Source of the DNA: Azolla caroliniana
Lineage: Eukaryota; Plantae; Polypodiophyta
DNA length: 64,000 nucleotides
Reading direction: 5' to 3'
Assembly (NCBI GenBank): GCA_043228905.1
Contig: JBHGNT010000011.1
Span: forward strand, 7,874,001-7,938,000
Positions 1 to 13,300 of this stretch are shown piece after piece. The first letter of the stretch is position 1. Each line of letters begins with the position of its first letter. The position numbers and the translations under genes were made by a program. Below the pieces are notes generated by a model. It was not told the origin of the DNA, did not search any database, and saw only the letters and a list, made by a program, of their open reading frames with translations.

Positions 1-1425
1 TCCGACTCAGTACGAGTCAGAAACTCGTAGCATTGCGCTATAATTAGAATCGACATTGTAGAGCTCAATCTCCCAGGAGGCTTTACATTAGTACATCAGC
101 TCTCAAGGCCATGTATCTCAATTAAACAACTTGACGAAGACGACATTCGTGCCAACTTCTCATTAGGAGGGTGGACACTCCACAAGGGTAACCCCTTACT
201 TGCTCGAGGTCGGAAAGTAAATTTTCTGTACCCGCTATGTGTCACACTCAAAGAGGGTGAGTTGTTCCTGGTTGATATTCTTGTGTCATCATTATGTATG
301 GCATGGATGACTCAGACACCTCAGCAAGGCCGACATCACGCATCTATTGAGAGCCGGACATATCCTCAAACTCTCTTTCTTGGATCACCAGTTCTACGAG
401 CATTGTCAGTATGGCAAGCATGCCACAGCCTCACACCCGACGACATTCCCAAGAGAATCAAGTCCACTTGATTTAGTCCATTCGGACGTCTGTGGTTCGA
501 TGCCACATCAATTCCTTGGTGGCGCCTCCTACTTCATCAGTTTCATTCACGACTTGACCAGGAAAGTGTGGGCATACCCGACAAGAACCAAAGATTGAGT
601 GTTCTAGATCTTCTAGGAATGGCTCGCCATGGTAGAAAACCAGTCCGCTTGAAAGTTGAAATGCCGTCGAACTGAAAATGGGGGAGAGTTCAAGTCTGAA
701 AAATTCTTCAAATTTTATTGACAACACGGCATTTGACGCGAATACACGACACCCTATAGTCTGGAGCCGAACAGAACTGTTGAGCGCATGAATCAGACAA
801 TTCAAGAACAGATAGTATCCATTTGTCGGATAGCTTCTGGGCAAAGGCCCTACTTATGGCAATACACATAATTAACATGTCGCCGAGTTGGCCTCTAGGA
901 CTTCAAGTACCTCAAGAACTATGGACCAACAGGAAGTTGTATTACGACAACCTGAGGATTTTCGGATGTGAGGCATACACCCTCATACCGAAAGATGACT
1001 GCCGCAAACTTGAACCAAGGTCCAGGAAATGAATTTTCCTAGGTTATGGACCAGACAACGAGTTCGGATATCGACTCTAGGACCCCGTGCACAAACAAAT
1101 CGTCTGAAGTTCAGACTTAGTGTTCAATGAGTTGACTATGCACAAGACGGTCGAAAGGCCTATTGAAGTCCGAAGGGTAACCTTCTTAGATGTACCAACC
1201 CTTCATTATGGCCCAACCCATAACACGAGGTCGGCTTCACAGGTAATTGAGTCCTCTCGAACCGACTCGGCAATGCCCGACTCAGCACAACCGAATGATT
1301 CAGCTTTGGACCATCAGACTTCGACACCCGATGCGACTAGTCCAGTCATACCTCAACGGTCTAAGAGACTATCGCAACCCCTCAAGAGGTATTCTCTTGG
1401 AATCTTCTTCATGGACACCGGCGAA
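1..1425 (+). pseudogene. pol: Degenerate Ty1/copia pol fragment (GAG-pre-integrase and integrase)
   Basis: Broken frames give LDLVHSDVCG, YFISFIHD, FWAKALLMA, LRIFGCEAY and RKLEPRSRK, with many in-frame stops. Confidence 0.85.
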
Positions 1426-1429
1426 CTGA

Positions 1430-1512
1430 TGGTTGGAGTCTGTGGGCTCCCGTCGTTTTTCCCAACTAGGGTTTTCCATGTAACATCTTGTGTTTGTCTT
1501 ATTTCTATTTTC
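1430..1512 (+). repeat. Fragment of a copia LTR
   Basis: GTTGGAGTCTGTGGGCTCCCGT..AGGGTTTTCCATGT matches LTR segments near 36004-36055 and 57868-57920. Confidence 0.65.
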
Positions 1513-1514
1513 TA

Positions 1515-3355
1515 TAAACCAGACTACCTCGCTCGGAGTACTGTTAGCCGATGAGGTACTAGCATTGTTATTGCTCGGATCTCTCACGGATAGCTGGGAG
1601 ACATTGGTTGTCACTCTGGGCAATGTCGAACCAGAGGGAGAGAACTTATCCTTGGAGAGAGTTAAGTCAAGTTTGCTAAACAAAGAAGCTCGGCGAAAGG
1701 ACCTTGAGTCTGGAACCGATCTGAAGGCATTGGTTACGAAAGACAATCATAATCGGGGAAGAGGCCGGAATCGGAAGCCCCAGAACCAGGACAAATCAGG
1801 GACGAGGTCGAAGTCAAGGGGGAGGCCCACCTGCTTTTATTGCAGAAAGAAGTGGCAGTTCTAGAAGAATTGCCCACACTTCCGGAAAGCCAAAAGGGGA
1901 GCTGACATTCCACAACTGAAGAAGATTTGGGAAAGGAGAAGAACGTCAGCAATTGCAACAAGTGAAGAAGATTTGTTGTTCATCACTGAGGAAAATAAGC
2001 TACATCTTGTCAGCGACGAAACGACGTGGGTGGTCGACTCCGGCGTGTCGTTCCATCTAACCCCTAACCCGAAGTGCTTCTCATCTTATAGAGCTAGAGA
2101 TCACGGTTCTGTCCGGATGGGAAATGAAGTCGGCATAGGAGACGTATGGTTGACGATGTCAACTGGGTGCAAGTTGCTATTGAAAGATGTCCGACACATT
2201 CCGAAGGTTTGGTTGAACCCGATATCAGTCGGTCGGCTAGGGATGAAGGCTACATGGGTAGAATCCGGAACGGAGTCATGATGTTAAGCAAAGGAAGCCT
2301 AATTGTGGCCCAAGCCCGGAAAATCAACACATTGTACTTGATGCATGCCCGGATATGTCGGGAAGAAGTAAACGTGGCATCTGACAATGCCGGTGAGCTG
2401 TGGCACAAGAGGTTTGTGTCACATGAGCCAGAAGGGGATGCCAGAAGGGGATGTGTAAACTTGCTGAAGATAACCTCATTCCGGAGGTGAAAGATGTGCT
2501 AATTTCCGAACCCGACCACTGTCAAGACGGAATACACCGTTGGAACTTGTGCATACCGATGTATGCCAAGTGGACACAAAGTCACGTGCCAGATCGCAGT
2601 ACTTCGTGACGTTCATAGATGACCGTAGTTGGAAGTTGTGGGTCTTACAGCTGAAGACGAAGGACCAAGTATTATCTGTCTTCAAGGAATTCCACGCAAG
2701 GGTGGAAAGGGAAACTAGCTGGAAGCTGAAGGCAGTTTAAGCGGACAACGGAAGCGAATACAGGGGGGGGGGGGGTAGTTCTAGTAGTACTGTCGGTCAA
2801 AGGGAATCCGGCTCAAATTTATTGTGCCAAAGATGCGAGAACTGAACGGATTGGCCGAAAGGATGAACCGAACCATAATGGAGAGAATCTAGAACATGCT
2901 AGCACATGCAAAGTTACCCAAGACGTTTTGGGTTGAGGCGTTGATAACAACAACCTATGTAATAAACAGATCACCCTCAACACCCTTGGAAGGAGACACA
3001 CCATGGAGAGTATGCACCAGTAAAGACATGTCTTACCGGAATTTGAAGGTGTTCGAGTATCTAGTTTATGTGCATGTAGCAAAGGACAAGAGAGTGAAAT
3101 TGGATCTGTTGGATCCGAAGTCCCGGCCATGCATAATCCTTGGATACGGTGACAATGAGTTCGGCTGCCGAGTGTGGGACTTGGTCAACAAGAAGGTCTT
3201 CCAGAGTCGAGACATAGTCTTCATGGAAGACAAGACCATTGCCGACTAGGAGTCGGAGAAAAAGACAATGGATTTCGGATTAACTAACATACATCTTTCA
3301 GAATATACAAAGATCCATATGGCTCGAAGCCGGATGACACGCAAAGAACCAACTG
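1515..3355 (+). pseudogene. pol: Degenerate Tnt1/Tork-like copia gag-PR-INT
   Basis: LLLLGSLTDSWETLVV, CFYC knuckle, WVVDSG protease, LVHTDVC and LPKTFW integrase. Same family as the element at 44258-58026. Confidence 0.88.
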
Positions 3356-3358
3356 TAT

Positions 3359-3899
3359 TGTTGTCTCCTTCTCGGAAGCAAAATCTTCAATTTATCCTTA
3401 CGATAATCGGATCAAGGACTGTGGTACGTGGTGGAGATCAGGGGAAGCGAGATTGCTCAGCTATCCGATTTTGTACCCAGAAATGATTGGTTAGCCGTAA
3501 AACCCGATTGTAATCCAAGAAGTTATTATTTAGAAATGCACTTAAGACACAAACCATATTTTACCCAAAACAAGATGTTTATTATGTAATACGGAACAAT
3601 GATTACATGGAACACTGCCGAAAATTACAACAGAAAGTATCAATAGATATTCTACGTTCCTGAGTACTCCATTCTAACTAGTGCCTACTCTTCTCTCTTC
3701 TATACTCCCCCGTTCTGTTACGTTTCTGTTTAACGTTTTATAGTTTGCTTTCCCACTTGGCATGCTTTAGTCTTTACTCGTTCTGGTTCCATGTTTCATG
3801 GCTGCATTATCTTCGCTACCTTCATTGTTACGGTTGCCTACTTCACCTATATCCAAATTCGTTTCATACCCAAATTACCAATCTATCCCACGGACAACA
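3359..3899 (-). repeat. 3' LTR of a Tat-like gypsy element
   Basis: Minus strand reads TGTTGTCC...GACAACA with a TATA (CTATAAAA near 3740). The start resembles the LTRs at 31064 and 60486. Confidence 0.6.
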
Positions 3900-6127
3900 C
3901 CTGGCACAAACAACACCAAGCACGGTTGTTTCCTCCGTCATAGCCGTTGAGATAGTAGGTTCCGGCTTGTTCTGTGGGGTCTGCTCAGCCGAGAAATCAA
4001 GGTCGTGGTCAATATCTGTCCTCATTGCTGGTGGGGTGGGTGCTTCCTCTTCGTGGTCTGGTTGCCGTGCCGTCTCCGTGAAGGCCCGCTCGGTTTCAAG
4101 CATAAGCAACAATTGTTCTTCATTGAATTCCTCAAGGAGGCTTTCGATTGCTGTGGTGTGCGTTTTTGCCAAGGCTTGGAAGTCCTCGGTGAGGTCTTCT
4201 CGGACCATTTGTATGCTGTTTTCGTCCATTTTATAGAAACCGAGGCCTTCTTTCTTCCGGTTTTCGGCGTCAGCCCGTAAAACCTGGAGTTCGACTGCTT
4301 GAGTTGACCATTCCTTCCAATTATTGGCGAGAGTCTCTTCAACCTTTCGGTTGATCTTCTGCCGTTGTTTGCCCACCAAGGCATGGATTCGTTCCTCACA
4401 CATGTTGTATTTGGCTTAGAGGGTGATTGTTTCTCTTTTAGCTTCTTCCACCTCCCGTTGCAGCTTGACCTTGATGATTTCACATGACGTGTTGAGGGTG
4501 GCGAGCCTTGCCTCCATCCCTTCTATTAATTGGTCAAATTGTCGGAGGAGGCGATACGTGTTGTCGGCGGATTCCTTCAAATACTAATCGTGTTGCCTTT
4601 CGAGTTCCAACACTGTGTTTATTCGATGTTCGTGAAGGGAGTCTGCCAGTTGGCGTCGCTCCTTCTCGGTTTGGTCCAATTTATGCAGGAACTGATTGGA
4701 GCGGCCTTGTAGTTCCACGAGCTCCTTGTTTAGAGATGTTATTTGTGCGGCAACTATATCCTGTGTAGTCTTGAGGGTGGCTGCAACGTTGTTTTTGGTT
4801 TCCTAGAGCTTGGTCGTTCGGTCGTGGAGCAGTTGTTGTAGCTCGGCTTCGCTTTTCGTTGCTTTCTCCTTTATCTTGGCTATCTCGGTTTTAGCTGTGT
4901 GGTATCACTCCATAGCTTTGTCCGCGATGGCCGTTTGAATGATAAGGTCTTCCTTATAGCGACGGATGGCATCTTCGAATGGAACCGTGTTGTGACCGTC
5001 CTCAGTTTGTCATCTTGCATCGTGCAGGGGCTGGGTGGTTCTGTTTGGGTGGATATATCTGTCAGCTCGACGCAACTTCGTAGTTCTGTTTGGGTCGACG
5101 CTTCATGTGGGTTGGAGGTAGGAGGGGGCAAGCTGAGCAAAGCGGAGTCAGCTTTTGTGTAGAGCTGTGCTTCTAGTGTGGCTAGGCGGTGTTCCGATGC
5201 TTGCCACAACTCGATGGTGGTCTTGGCTTGCTTACGTGCTTCTTTGCTGCTGACGACCATATCTTTAGCCATGCGTGTTGCTCTTGCCAGCTCGTGGTAA
5301 ACCTCGACGAGCACCGTGTTGAGTTCGAGTAGCTCGAGGCGTGTGCGACGTTTCTTTGTGACTCTCTTCCGCCCTACTTTTTGTAACTTGGGCTCGTCGT
5401 CAGATTCCATTTCGTTGGCCAACACCCTTTCCACCATCTATTGTTAGGCGTGTTCTTGGGACATGCGGACCGCGACAGCTACTTGAAGGCGAGCAAGGAA
5501 ATCAATGTGTTCATAGGTTGTGTCGTATTGTAAGATGGCCCCGAACTCATGTGATTCGGTAGGTAAGTCCTTCAAGGTCATTACCTCCTCCTCCAAGAAC
5601 CGTGATTGTTGCTCTTATTAAATCTGCCCGGTTAGAGCGAGGGGCTCATCCGTGACGACTGCGATTGTCTTCTTTAGTACAATGACCAATTGCTGGTCCT
5701 CGGCTGAGGAGTCCGCGGTTAGTCCTTCCTCGTTGCAACGTTGTAGGGCGTTTCTTGGCAGGGTTGAGTTTTGGGGCCACAAGTTCATTGCGATCCCACT
5801 TCTGTTGGGTCACCAAGGAATGATCCGTACCGCTGTTGGTTTTTCGGTTTTCGGGGTTTTGCTCCGGCCATGGAGTGGGTGCGGGCATGATACGGCTCGT
5901 GGAGGGTTGAGGTTTGATGTTCTCCTGAATGGTAATGGTGTTGTGGGCCTCGTGGTTGTTCGACTCGGTTTGAGGCGAGGTTGGGGTGCAGGTTGGTGTT
6001 TCATCCTGCCATTCGTCCTGTGGTAGCTGCAGGGCTCTTGGTTTTCTGTTCTGGGTGGGTGGAGCTGGTAGGGCCAAAGTTGGGCGGGGTGTGGCCGTGG
6101 TTTGGGGAGGGTAAAGTATGGCCAGAT
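3900..6127 (-). pseudogene. Decayed extra coiled-coil ORF of a Tat-like gypsy element
   Basis: WKEWSTQAVELQVLRADAENRKKEGLGFYK...VREDLTEDF is shared with 19304-21800 and 24300-25440. Confidence 0.7.
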
Positions 6128-6485
6128 TGTTGAGAAACAACCTTAGCAAAAGCATATGATGCATATTGTTAAGTGAGATCTCCTATAGTAGCTATTGGGA
6201 AATTAACTACCATTAGGCATTTAGCTACTCACAGCTAATTACCTAAATATGTAAGTCACTTATATACTTAGGTAAAAAAGTAAGAGAGAGAGTAGTAATG
6301 AGAGTAGTTGTAAGAGAAGAAGAAAACTGGCGAGAGAGGTTCTCTCTATGTAATGAAATAGAAGCTTTTGGGTTGCTACATAGGTAAGTCTCCTTCCCCC
6401 TTCTTTTTCTGTCTTGAGCACACTAAACAATCTAGCACATCACGATCCGCTGTGCACAAAGAAGAGTCGGGGCACCTTCGTAACA
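6128..6485 (+). repeat. 5' LTR of a copia element
   Basis: TGTTGAGAAACAA...TAACA immediately followed by a primer-binding site (PBS). The start matches the truncated 3' LTR at 10309. Confidence 0.75.
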
Positions 6486-6497
6486 TGGTATCAGAGC
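6486..6497 (+). promoter_or_regulatory. PBS (tRNA-iMet)
   Basis: TGGTATCAGAGC directly after the LTR CA. Confidence 0.9.
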
Positions 6498-6716
6498 AGA
6501 GTTGCTCGTAAAGAGGAACAATACAAATGTGAGAAGTTTGGTTCTGGTTTGCTGGTCTGAATTAGAGAGTTGTTTGTGAAGTTAATCGTAGCAAAAGCCC
6601 TAATTTGAAAGAGAGAATGAATGCTAAGAATGGAAGCCAAAATAGTCATGAAAAGTTGGACAAAAACAATTTCCATGCGTGGAAATTCAGAATGACAAAT
6701 TTCCTGATGGGAAAAG

Positions 6717-7146
6717 TGAAAAGAATGGCGTGTGGAAGCAATATATACGAAACAAATAACGCAGGTTTAATGAAAAGCTTAGGTTTGCACAGCACGCACG
6801 GGAGAGATAGAGAGAGAGAGCATAAACACAAGAACTTAATTCAAAAATAATACTCGATCTATACATCGTGTGTGTTCAATGAACACTTTTATACAAGTCC
6901 TTTTCGGACTGACAGAAGTACTGACAGTACTTCAATGCTCATTAAAGAGCCCCTACACTAACTCCCAAATATATTCCTTGCGGAATATCTTTTTGATGGC
7001 CTCCCGGTTTCTGCACCGATCCAGCCTTCCTACGCACTAGTCTGTGTACCGGTTTCCAACCGATCCGGCCTAACCGATCGGTCCCAACCAATCCGGTCCT
7101 CGGCTTGCTCAGCCGATCTGGCCGATGTTGAGCTTGTCTCTCAACA
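6717..7146 (-). mobile_element. Solo copia LTR with 5-bp TSD AAAAG
   Basis: TG...CA ends with AAAAG at 6712-6716 and 7147-7151. Removing it rejoins gag (MGKGY*DYIE). Homologous to the LTRs ending at 34305 and 61332. Confidence 0.9.
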
Positions 7147-10100
7147 AAAAGGATACTGAGATTACATTGAAAGAGACCTAGAAGAGGCTCCAAAGATACT
7201 TGAAGAAAATGCAGCTGTTACACAAATTAAAGCATTTAAGGAATGGAATCAAGGGGCAAGGAAAGCATTGCATTGGCTCTCACTTAGCATCTCAAATTCG
7301 ATGTTGGACACATACAAGATGCTTTGCTTCCAAAAGAAGCTTGGGACAGTTTGGTAAAGTTGTTTGCAGTAAACACAAAGGCTAGAAAGCTTCAGTTGAA
7401 GACTGAGTTAAATACCCTTGAAAAAGGTAAGATGTCAATTAATGAGTATGCTCTAAAAATAAAGAGCATATGTGAGTCACTTGCTTCTATTAATGTGAAG
7501 GTAGAAGACGATGATAAGGTGAAAATATGCTTAAGAGGCTTAGGATGTCAATATAAAAGCTTCAAAACCTCTATCCTCACAAGGGATAACATCCCAAGTT
7601 TTTCAGATCTAGTTTTAATGCTTGTAGTGGAAGAAAGAAATAAGATGGATGATGTAAACAAAGGAAACTCTGAGACTGAGGGGCAAGCCCTCTACAATAT
7701 TGCTGGAAGAGGCCGAGGAAGAGGCCATGGAAGATTTGGTTCAGTTAGAACTAACAATAATTATCAAGGAAGACGACAACAAGCTACAAGTGGAAGAAAC
7801 AACATCAGAGGCAAGGGGAGCAATCGAGGCAGAGGTAAGCAAACTTTTTTGAATGATGATGGTTGTTGGTATTGTGGAAAACCAGGCCATACACAAGCTA
7901 AATGTTATAAAAAGCAAAATGATGAAAAAAGAGGGAAGAGACAACAAAATAACTATGTTTCAACTAGTGAAGATTGTGATAAAGAAGGTGCATTTATGAT
8001 ACAACATGAGATAGCAGCAATGGCTGAATGTTCACAAAGATGCAATGAAGAGTATATGTGGTATGTAGATTCCGGGGCATCTAATCATATGATGGGACAT
8101 GCAAATTGGTTTGAAAGTCTAAGAGAACTAGAGATTTCTAGTTATGTACAAACAGGTGATAATACTACTCACACAATCGAGCATGTTGGAGATATCCCAT
8201 TGTGGGAAGAAAAAGGAGAAACAAAGTATATGTTGAATGTTATAGATGTGCCAAACCTTGCAAAAAATCTGTTTTTTGTTAGACGGATAGTAGAGCAAGG
8301 AATGCAAGTTAAGTTTAAGTAAAGTGGATGCTTTATAGAGAAACAAGGAAAGTTTATTGCAAAAGGAAAATGACAAGGAAGAATGTTTGTGTTAGATGTG
8401 GATATGCCTAAAAAGATTACAACCATGTTTGTAGAAGGAATGAATGTAACCTCAAATGTGGAGATGTGGCATAAAAGAATCAGTCACATAAGTATGCAAA
8501 CCTTGAAACATATATTGAGAAAAAATGTAGTGGTTGGACTGCCTAAGGAGATGAGCAAAATATGTGAAGCATGCCAATATGAAAAGCAAAACAGGTTACC
8601 TTTCCCTCATGAAAGACATGTAAGCAAAAATTTGTTGGATTCGGTACATACAGATGTATGGGGACCAACAAAAATTGCATCAATTGGTGGCTGTAGGTTA
8701 TTAACATTTATTGATGATTGCTCAAGGAAAACATGGGTTTACTTCATGAAAGAGAAAAGTGAAGTATTTGATTGCTTTCATAAGTTAAAAATGCATGATA
8801 GAAAATTAGGCTGGAACTAGAATAAAATGTTTAAGATCTGATTGAGGAGGAGAATACTTCTCAAATAAATTTTCTAATTTTCTATGCAATCAAGGAATAA
8901 GGAGATAGTTCACATGTAGATATACTCCACAACAAAATGGAGTGGCTGAGAGAAAAAACAGAACTTTAGTGAACATAGCAAGAGCCTTGATAATTGAAAA
9001 AAATATTCCATTGTATTACTGGGCAGAAGCTGTAAACACAACAAATAGATGTATAAAATCTAGAGTACATGAAGTAACTCTTAAAGAATGCTTCTATGGA
9101 AGGAAACCTAGTTTAGGACACTTAAAAGTGCTTGGTTGCCTTGCCTATGTCCATGTACCTGTTGAAGTAAGAAGTAAGCTTGATCCAAAAGCAAAAAAAT
9201 GTGTTCTTGTTGGATGTTTAGAGGAGCAAAACGGGTATAGATGCTATAAACCGTTGACAAAAAAGATTGTAGTGAGCTATGATGTAATATTTGATGAGTT
9301 TTGGACCATCTAAAAAATCTGGTAGTAAATCTAAATCAAATGCTTGGAGTGGAAAGAATGCAAGATAAAATATATATGATGATAAAAAGGGAAAAGAGAA
9401 GATGCCAGAATATGAAAGGTTTGATGAAGGATCTTAAATAAGGAAGATGTAGATTCAAATACATCATTGGATGATGAGCTGGGTATACGAGCCTTGAAAA
9501 TCCCTAGTATTGAGAAGGCAATGAAAGATGCAAATAAGAAACTAAGAAGATGAGATAGAGAGAGAAATACTGTTGAAAGATTTGGTTATGATACATGCAT
9601 ACATGGCTATGCATCATGCGTATATGTCTAAAGTGGTACAGATTCTTGATCCAAATAGTTTTGATGAAGCAAAATTTGATAAGAAATGGGTGAATGCAAT
9701 GCAAGAAGAAATAGATGCATTGGCTAAAAATAAAACATGGGATTTAGTAAAGTTACCAAAAGGAAAAAAATGTTGTAGGTTGCAAATGGGTCTACAAAAC
9801 AAAGCATGATTCCAATGGGAATGGAAGTTGACATAACACAAGACTTGTGGCAAAGGGATATGCCCAGATGCAAAGAATTGATTATGATGAAACATTTGCA
9901 CTGGTTGCAAAAATGGCAACCTTGGGGACACACACTACTTGCCGTAAGTGCAACCAAAAGATGGGTTCTGCACCATATGGATGTAAAAAATAAGAAGAGG
10001 AAGTATACATGGTAACTTGGAAGAGGAAGTATACATGTGCCAACCACCAGGATTTGAAGATTTTGAAGGCAATTTTTTTTCCAGAGATTCTTAAAGTTCC

Positions 10101-10336
10101 TTATGCCATGCTCCAAGTGCTTGTTTCAGTCCATAGAGAGCCTTTTTCAACTTACAAACATATTTTGGATGCTTCTCCGAAAAACATACACCATTTCGGG
10201 ACATGATGGGAATTATAAATTATAAGAATTGGTATGATAGTTGAAAAGCATGAAGGAAAGAAGACTGAAGATGATCTCAAGAAAGGATAAGTTGAGCTTG
10301 AGGCGGAGTGTTGAGAAACAAGCTCAACAAAAAGCC

Positions 10337-13300
10337 ACGAGAGATCAAGCTATCCTTGCACCAGACAAAGTGATCATGTTCCTACGAGCCGTGGACGTCC
10401 GCGACCAGAAAGATCTTGGAGTGCTTCTAAGGACACGACCACCGAGAGTGCCTCACCGATATGCATGGGATAACGTGCAAGATATCATCGCACGATATAC
10501 AAAGAGGGGGCAATGGCTTGGTAACGAGGAAAAGAGGGTTTCAGAATCGAGATTCGAATTGGAAGACCATCAACCGAGGGCTCAGGAGACTACGACCGAG
10601 AAGGGAATCGATGCAACCATGGTGGAGCAGTTGCTGAAAGAAATGGAGAATCTGAAAATCGCGATGGTAAAGAAATCGGATGACCGTCCCACAAGCTCCA
10701 AGTATATGGACCGTCGGTGCATATGGTGCGATAGCATCGAACATGATCAGAGGGATTGCGATGAGCACAAGGAGGCGTTACGACGGGATCTTATCTACTA
10801 CGAGGGAAATCGAATCCATTCGATGGACTCTCGGAAGCCACTCCGACCGAACTTCCAGGAAGGCGGCATGAAGAAGGTCCTCGAGGAGGAAATAGTGGCG
10901 AAAAGCAATTATGCGACAACTGCGGGAATACGTGTCAGGGAGTCATCGGGAGCAAAAGCATCTTTTTGGTTGGATGTGCTAGAAAACCTCAAGAAGACTG
11001 GCTCCAATGAGATCCAAAGCACTGTGGAAAGCATTCGAGAAGCTACGGGATGGGAGTGCCCCGTCGATAAGAATAGTGTGTACGCCTTATGTCAATTGCA
11101 TGAAGTGTATGTAGACGAGAAACGACGGCGCACGGATGATGCGGCCAGACCATCGAAGACACCGGAAAGCTGGAACTCCGGAGGAAAGGGAAAAGAAAAG
11201 ACGATTCTGGCATTCAAGCTCGCCTCAGACATCGAACAACAAACGGACTTGAAAAAGGTGTTCGAGGAGAGAATTCTCAATAGCCGGGTAGAATTTTCGC
11301 TTCGAGAATTACTCGGAATAGCGAAGAAGGAGTTCCACGACCTTCTTGTGGATCTCATGAAGAGAAAAAGACAAATTATGGAGGAGAACGCTCCAAGGGT
11401 AAATGTGAACACGATTTTAATGAATGACATCGAGGTGGAGGATGAAATTCCGAACTCCCACTACACAAGGCCACACTGGGCACGTGCAACTACGGAGACT
11501 CTGGTCCGAATCGGCAACATCAAAGAGCCCGTGCTAGCATTTATTGATCATGGATCAGAGATCAATTTGATGTCCAAGGAGTTCTACCGGAAGGGGAAGT
11601 GGCCTATAAACACTAACCACGGATGGAAGATCTGGGCAGTCACTAAAGTAACAGAAGATCTATTTACAGTTTGTTCAGATGTGACGGTGAAGATCGGGGA
11701 TGTCGAGATCGACCAAAATTTCTTTGTACAAGACGAGGTCTCACATTCCATGATCCTCAGGCAACCCTTTATCACGGCTTCACGGATAGAGACAAAGGTG
11801 CTCGATAGCGGTGCGGCTTTCACACGAATTCGGAGCCAAAGCGGAGGGAAATCCGTCCAATTCCTAACTATGTTGGCAAATCATGAAAGGAACAAGAGAG
11901 AGCTCTTGTCCCAAAAAAGGAGGGATTTTTAGAGCAGACTATTGCAGAGTGGGGAAGTGATAGTCCAAAAAGCCCTGATACCCCCCACACATGAAGAAAA
12001 CTCTCGGAGCAAAACAAGTACGAATCGATCTGGATGGGGCATCTACGTACCGATGGAATCAGTTGAGATGTATGAGATCATTGCGAAAGTGGGGTCAGAT
12101 GCGCTCCGCAAAGATGAAGCAATGGTAAGTACGAAATACAAGACCGTGGAGAAGAAAGTGACACCGGCCTCGGGACCGTTACCCGCCAATAGCGAGCAAA
12201 AGAGGAAAGAATTCTCGAGAGATCCGACACTTCGAAAGTCCGTGGATATCAGACATGCCTTCATGGATGAGACCCGTAAGAAACTTCGGATCAGTGGAGG
12301 TGGTTTCCTTTTACAAAATGAAGAAGAACGATTCCATGGGATGTTGGAACAACATGGGAAAGCATTTGCATTCACATCGAAGGAGATAGGGTGCGTTGAT
12401 CCAAAGATAGTGGAGCCAATGATGAACTTCACGATTGACCATGTGCCATGGAACCTAAAGTCGATTTCGGTGCCGCGGGCGCATATTCCCAAAATCATCA
12501 ACTTGCTCAAGGAGAAGGTGGCGATGGGGATTCTAGAGCCATCAAACGCTCCATACTCAAATCGATCATTTACAGTTCCGAAGAAGAATGGGTCACTCCG
12601 ATTTATCCAAGATTTGCAACCAGTGAACAAGGTCACGATCCAGAAATCCGGAGTCGGTCCAATAGTGGACGAATTTGCGGAAGCATTTGCTGATCCTGCG
12701 ATATACTCCATTAGACCTATACTCGGGTCGGGGTATGACCAATTCCAACTAGCTGTGGAGAGCCGAGACATCACTACCATGCGAACACCGATAGGATTAG
12801 TTCGAATGTGCACACTACCACAAGGAGCGACAAACTCGGTGGCACATATGATGAACGCGATGAACAAGGTGGTTCGAGATTGCATTCTGGAGATAACGAT
12901 GCCGTTCCTAGATGACATTCCGATGAAAGGATACGCAGTAGAAGAAAAAGATGAAACTATGGATGATTTGGGATGCCGAAAGTTCGTAGTCGACCATATT
13001 CGTGATTGCGAGAAAGTGCTTCGAAAGTTAGAAGATGTGCACCTAACACTTTCTAGGGAGAAATCGACATTCGGGCAAGAAGAGATATTGGTAGTCGGAC
13101 ATCTATGTGGGCCCTATGGCCGAAGACCATCACCAACCAAGATCGATGCGATTCAAGCTATGAAAGAAGTATGTGAGTCACAATCCGAAGTCCGAAGGTT
13201 TCTTGGAGCTTGTGCATTTTATCACATATGGATTCCGCACTAGGCACATATTGCGGATCCACTCTATCACTTATTGCGGAAGGGGAAGAAGTTCGAATGG

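Larger units (their letters stand above)
6128..10335 (+). mobile_element. Degenerate, internally deleted Ty1/copia element (gag-PR-INT, partial RT, PPT, 3' LTR stub)
   Basis: EKLDKNNFHAWKFRM gag, CWYCGKPGHTQAKC, WYVDSGASNHM, VHTDVWGP, WVNAMQEE. PPT TGAGGCGGAG then TGTTGAGAAACAAG at 10309. Confidence 0.85.

Noticed and set aside
2763-2775. G13 run as a PPT or G-quadruplex
   Set aside because: It lies inside the integrase and is absent in the homolog near 47803; likely slippage or sequencing error.
10241-11932. 563-aa ORF as an intact gene
   Set aside because: It is a chance chimera: the first ~32 codons are copia 3' UTR, PPT and LTR stub, fused to a truncated gypsy gag-PR.
11930-11945. Stop-codon readthrough (track ORF 11942 is in frame with gag)
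   Set aside because: The -1 frame peptide is the one conserved with the intact element, so a later indel better explains the phase.
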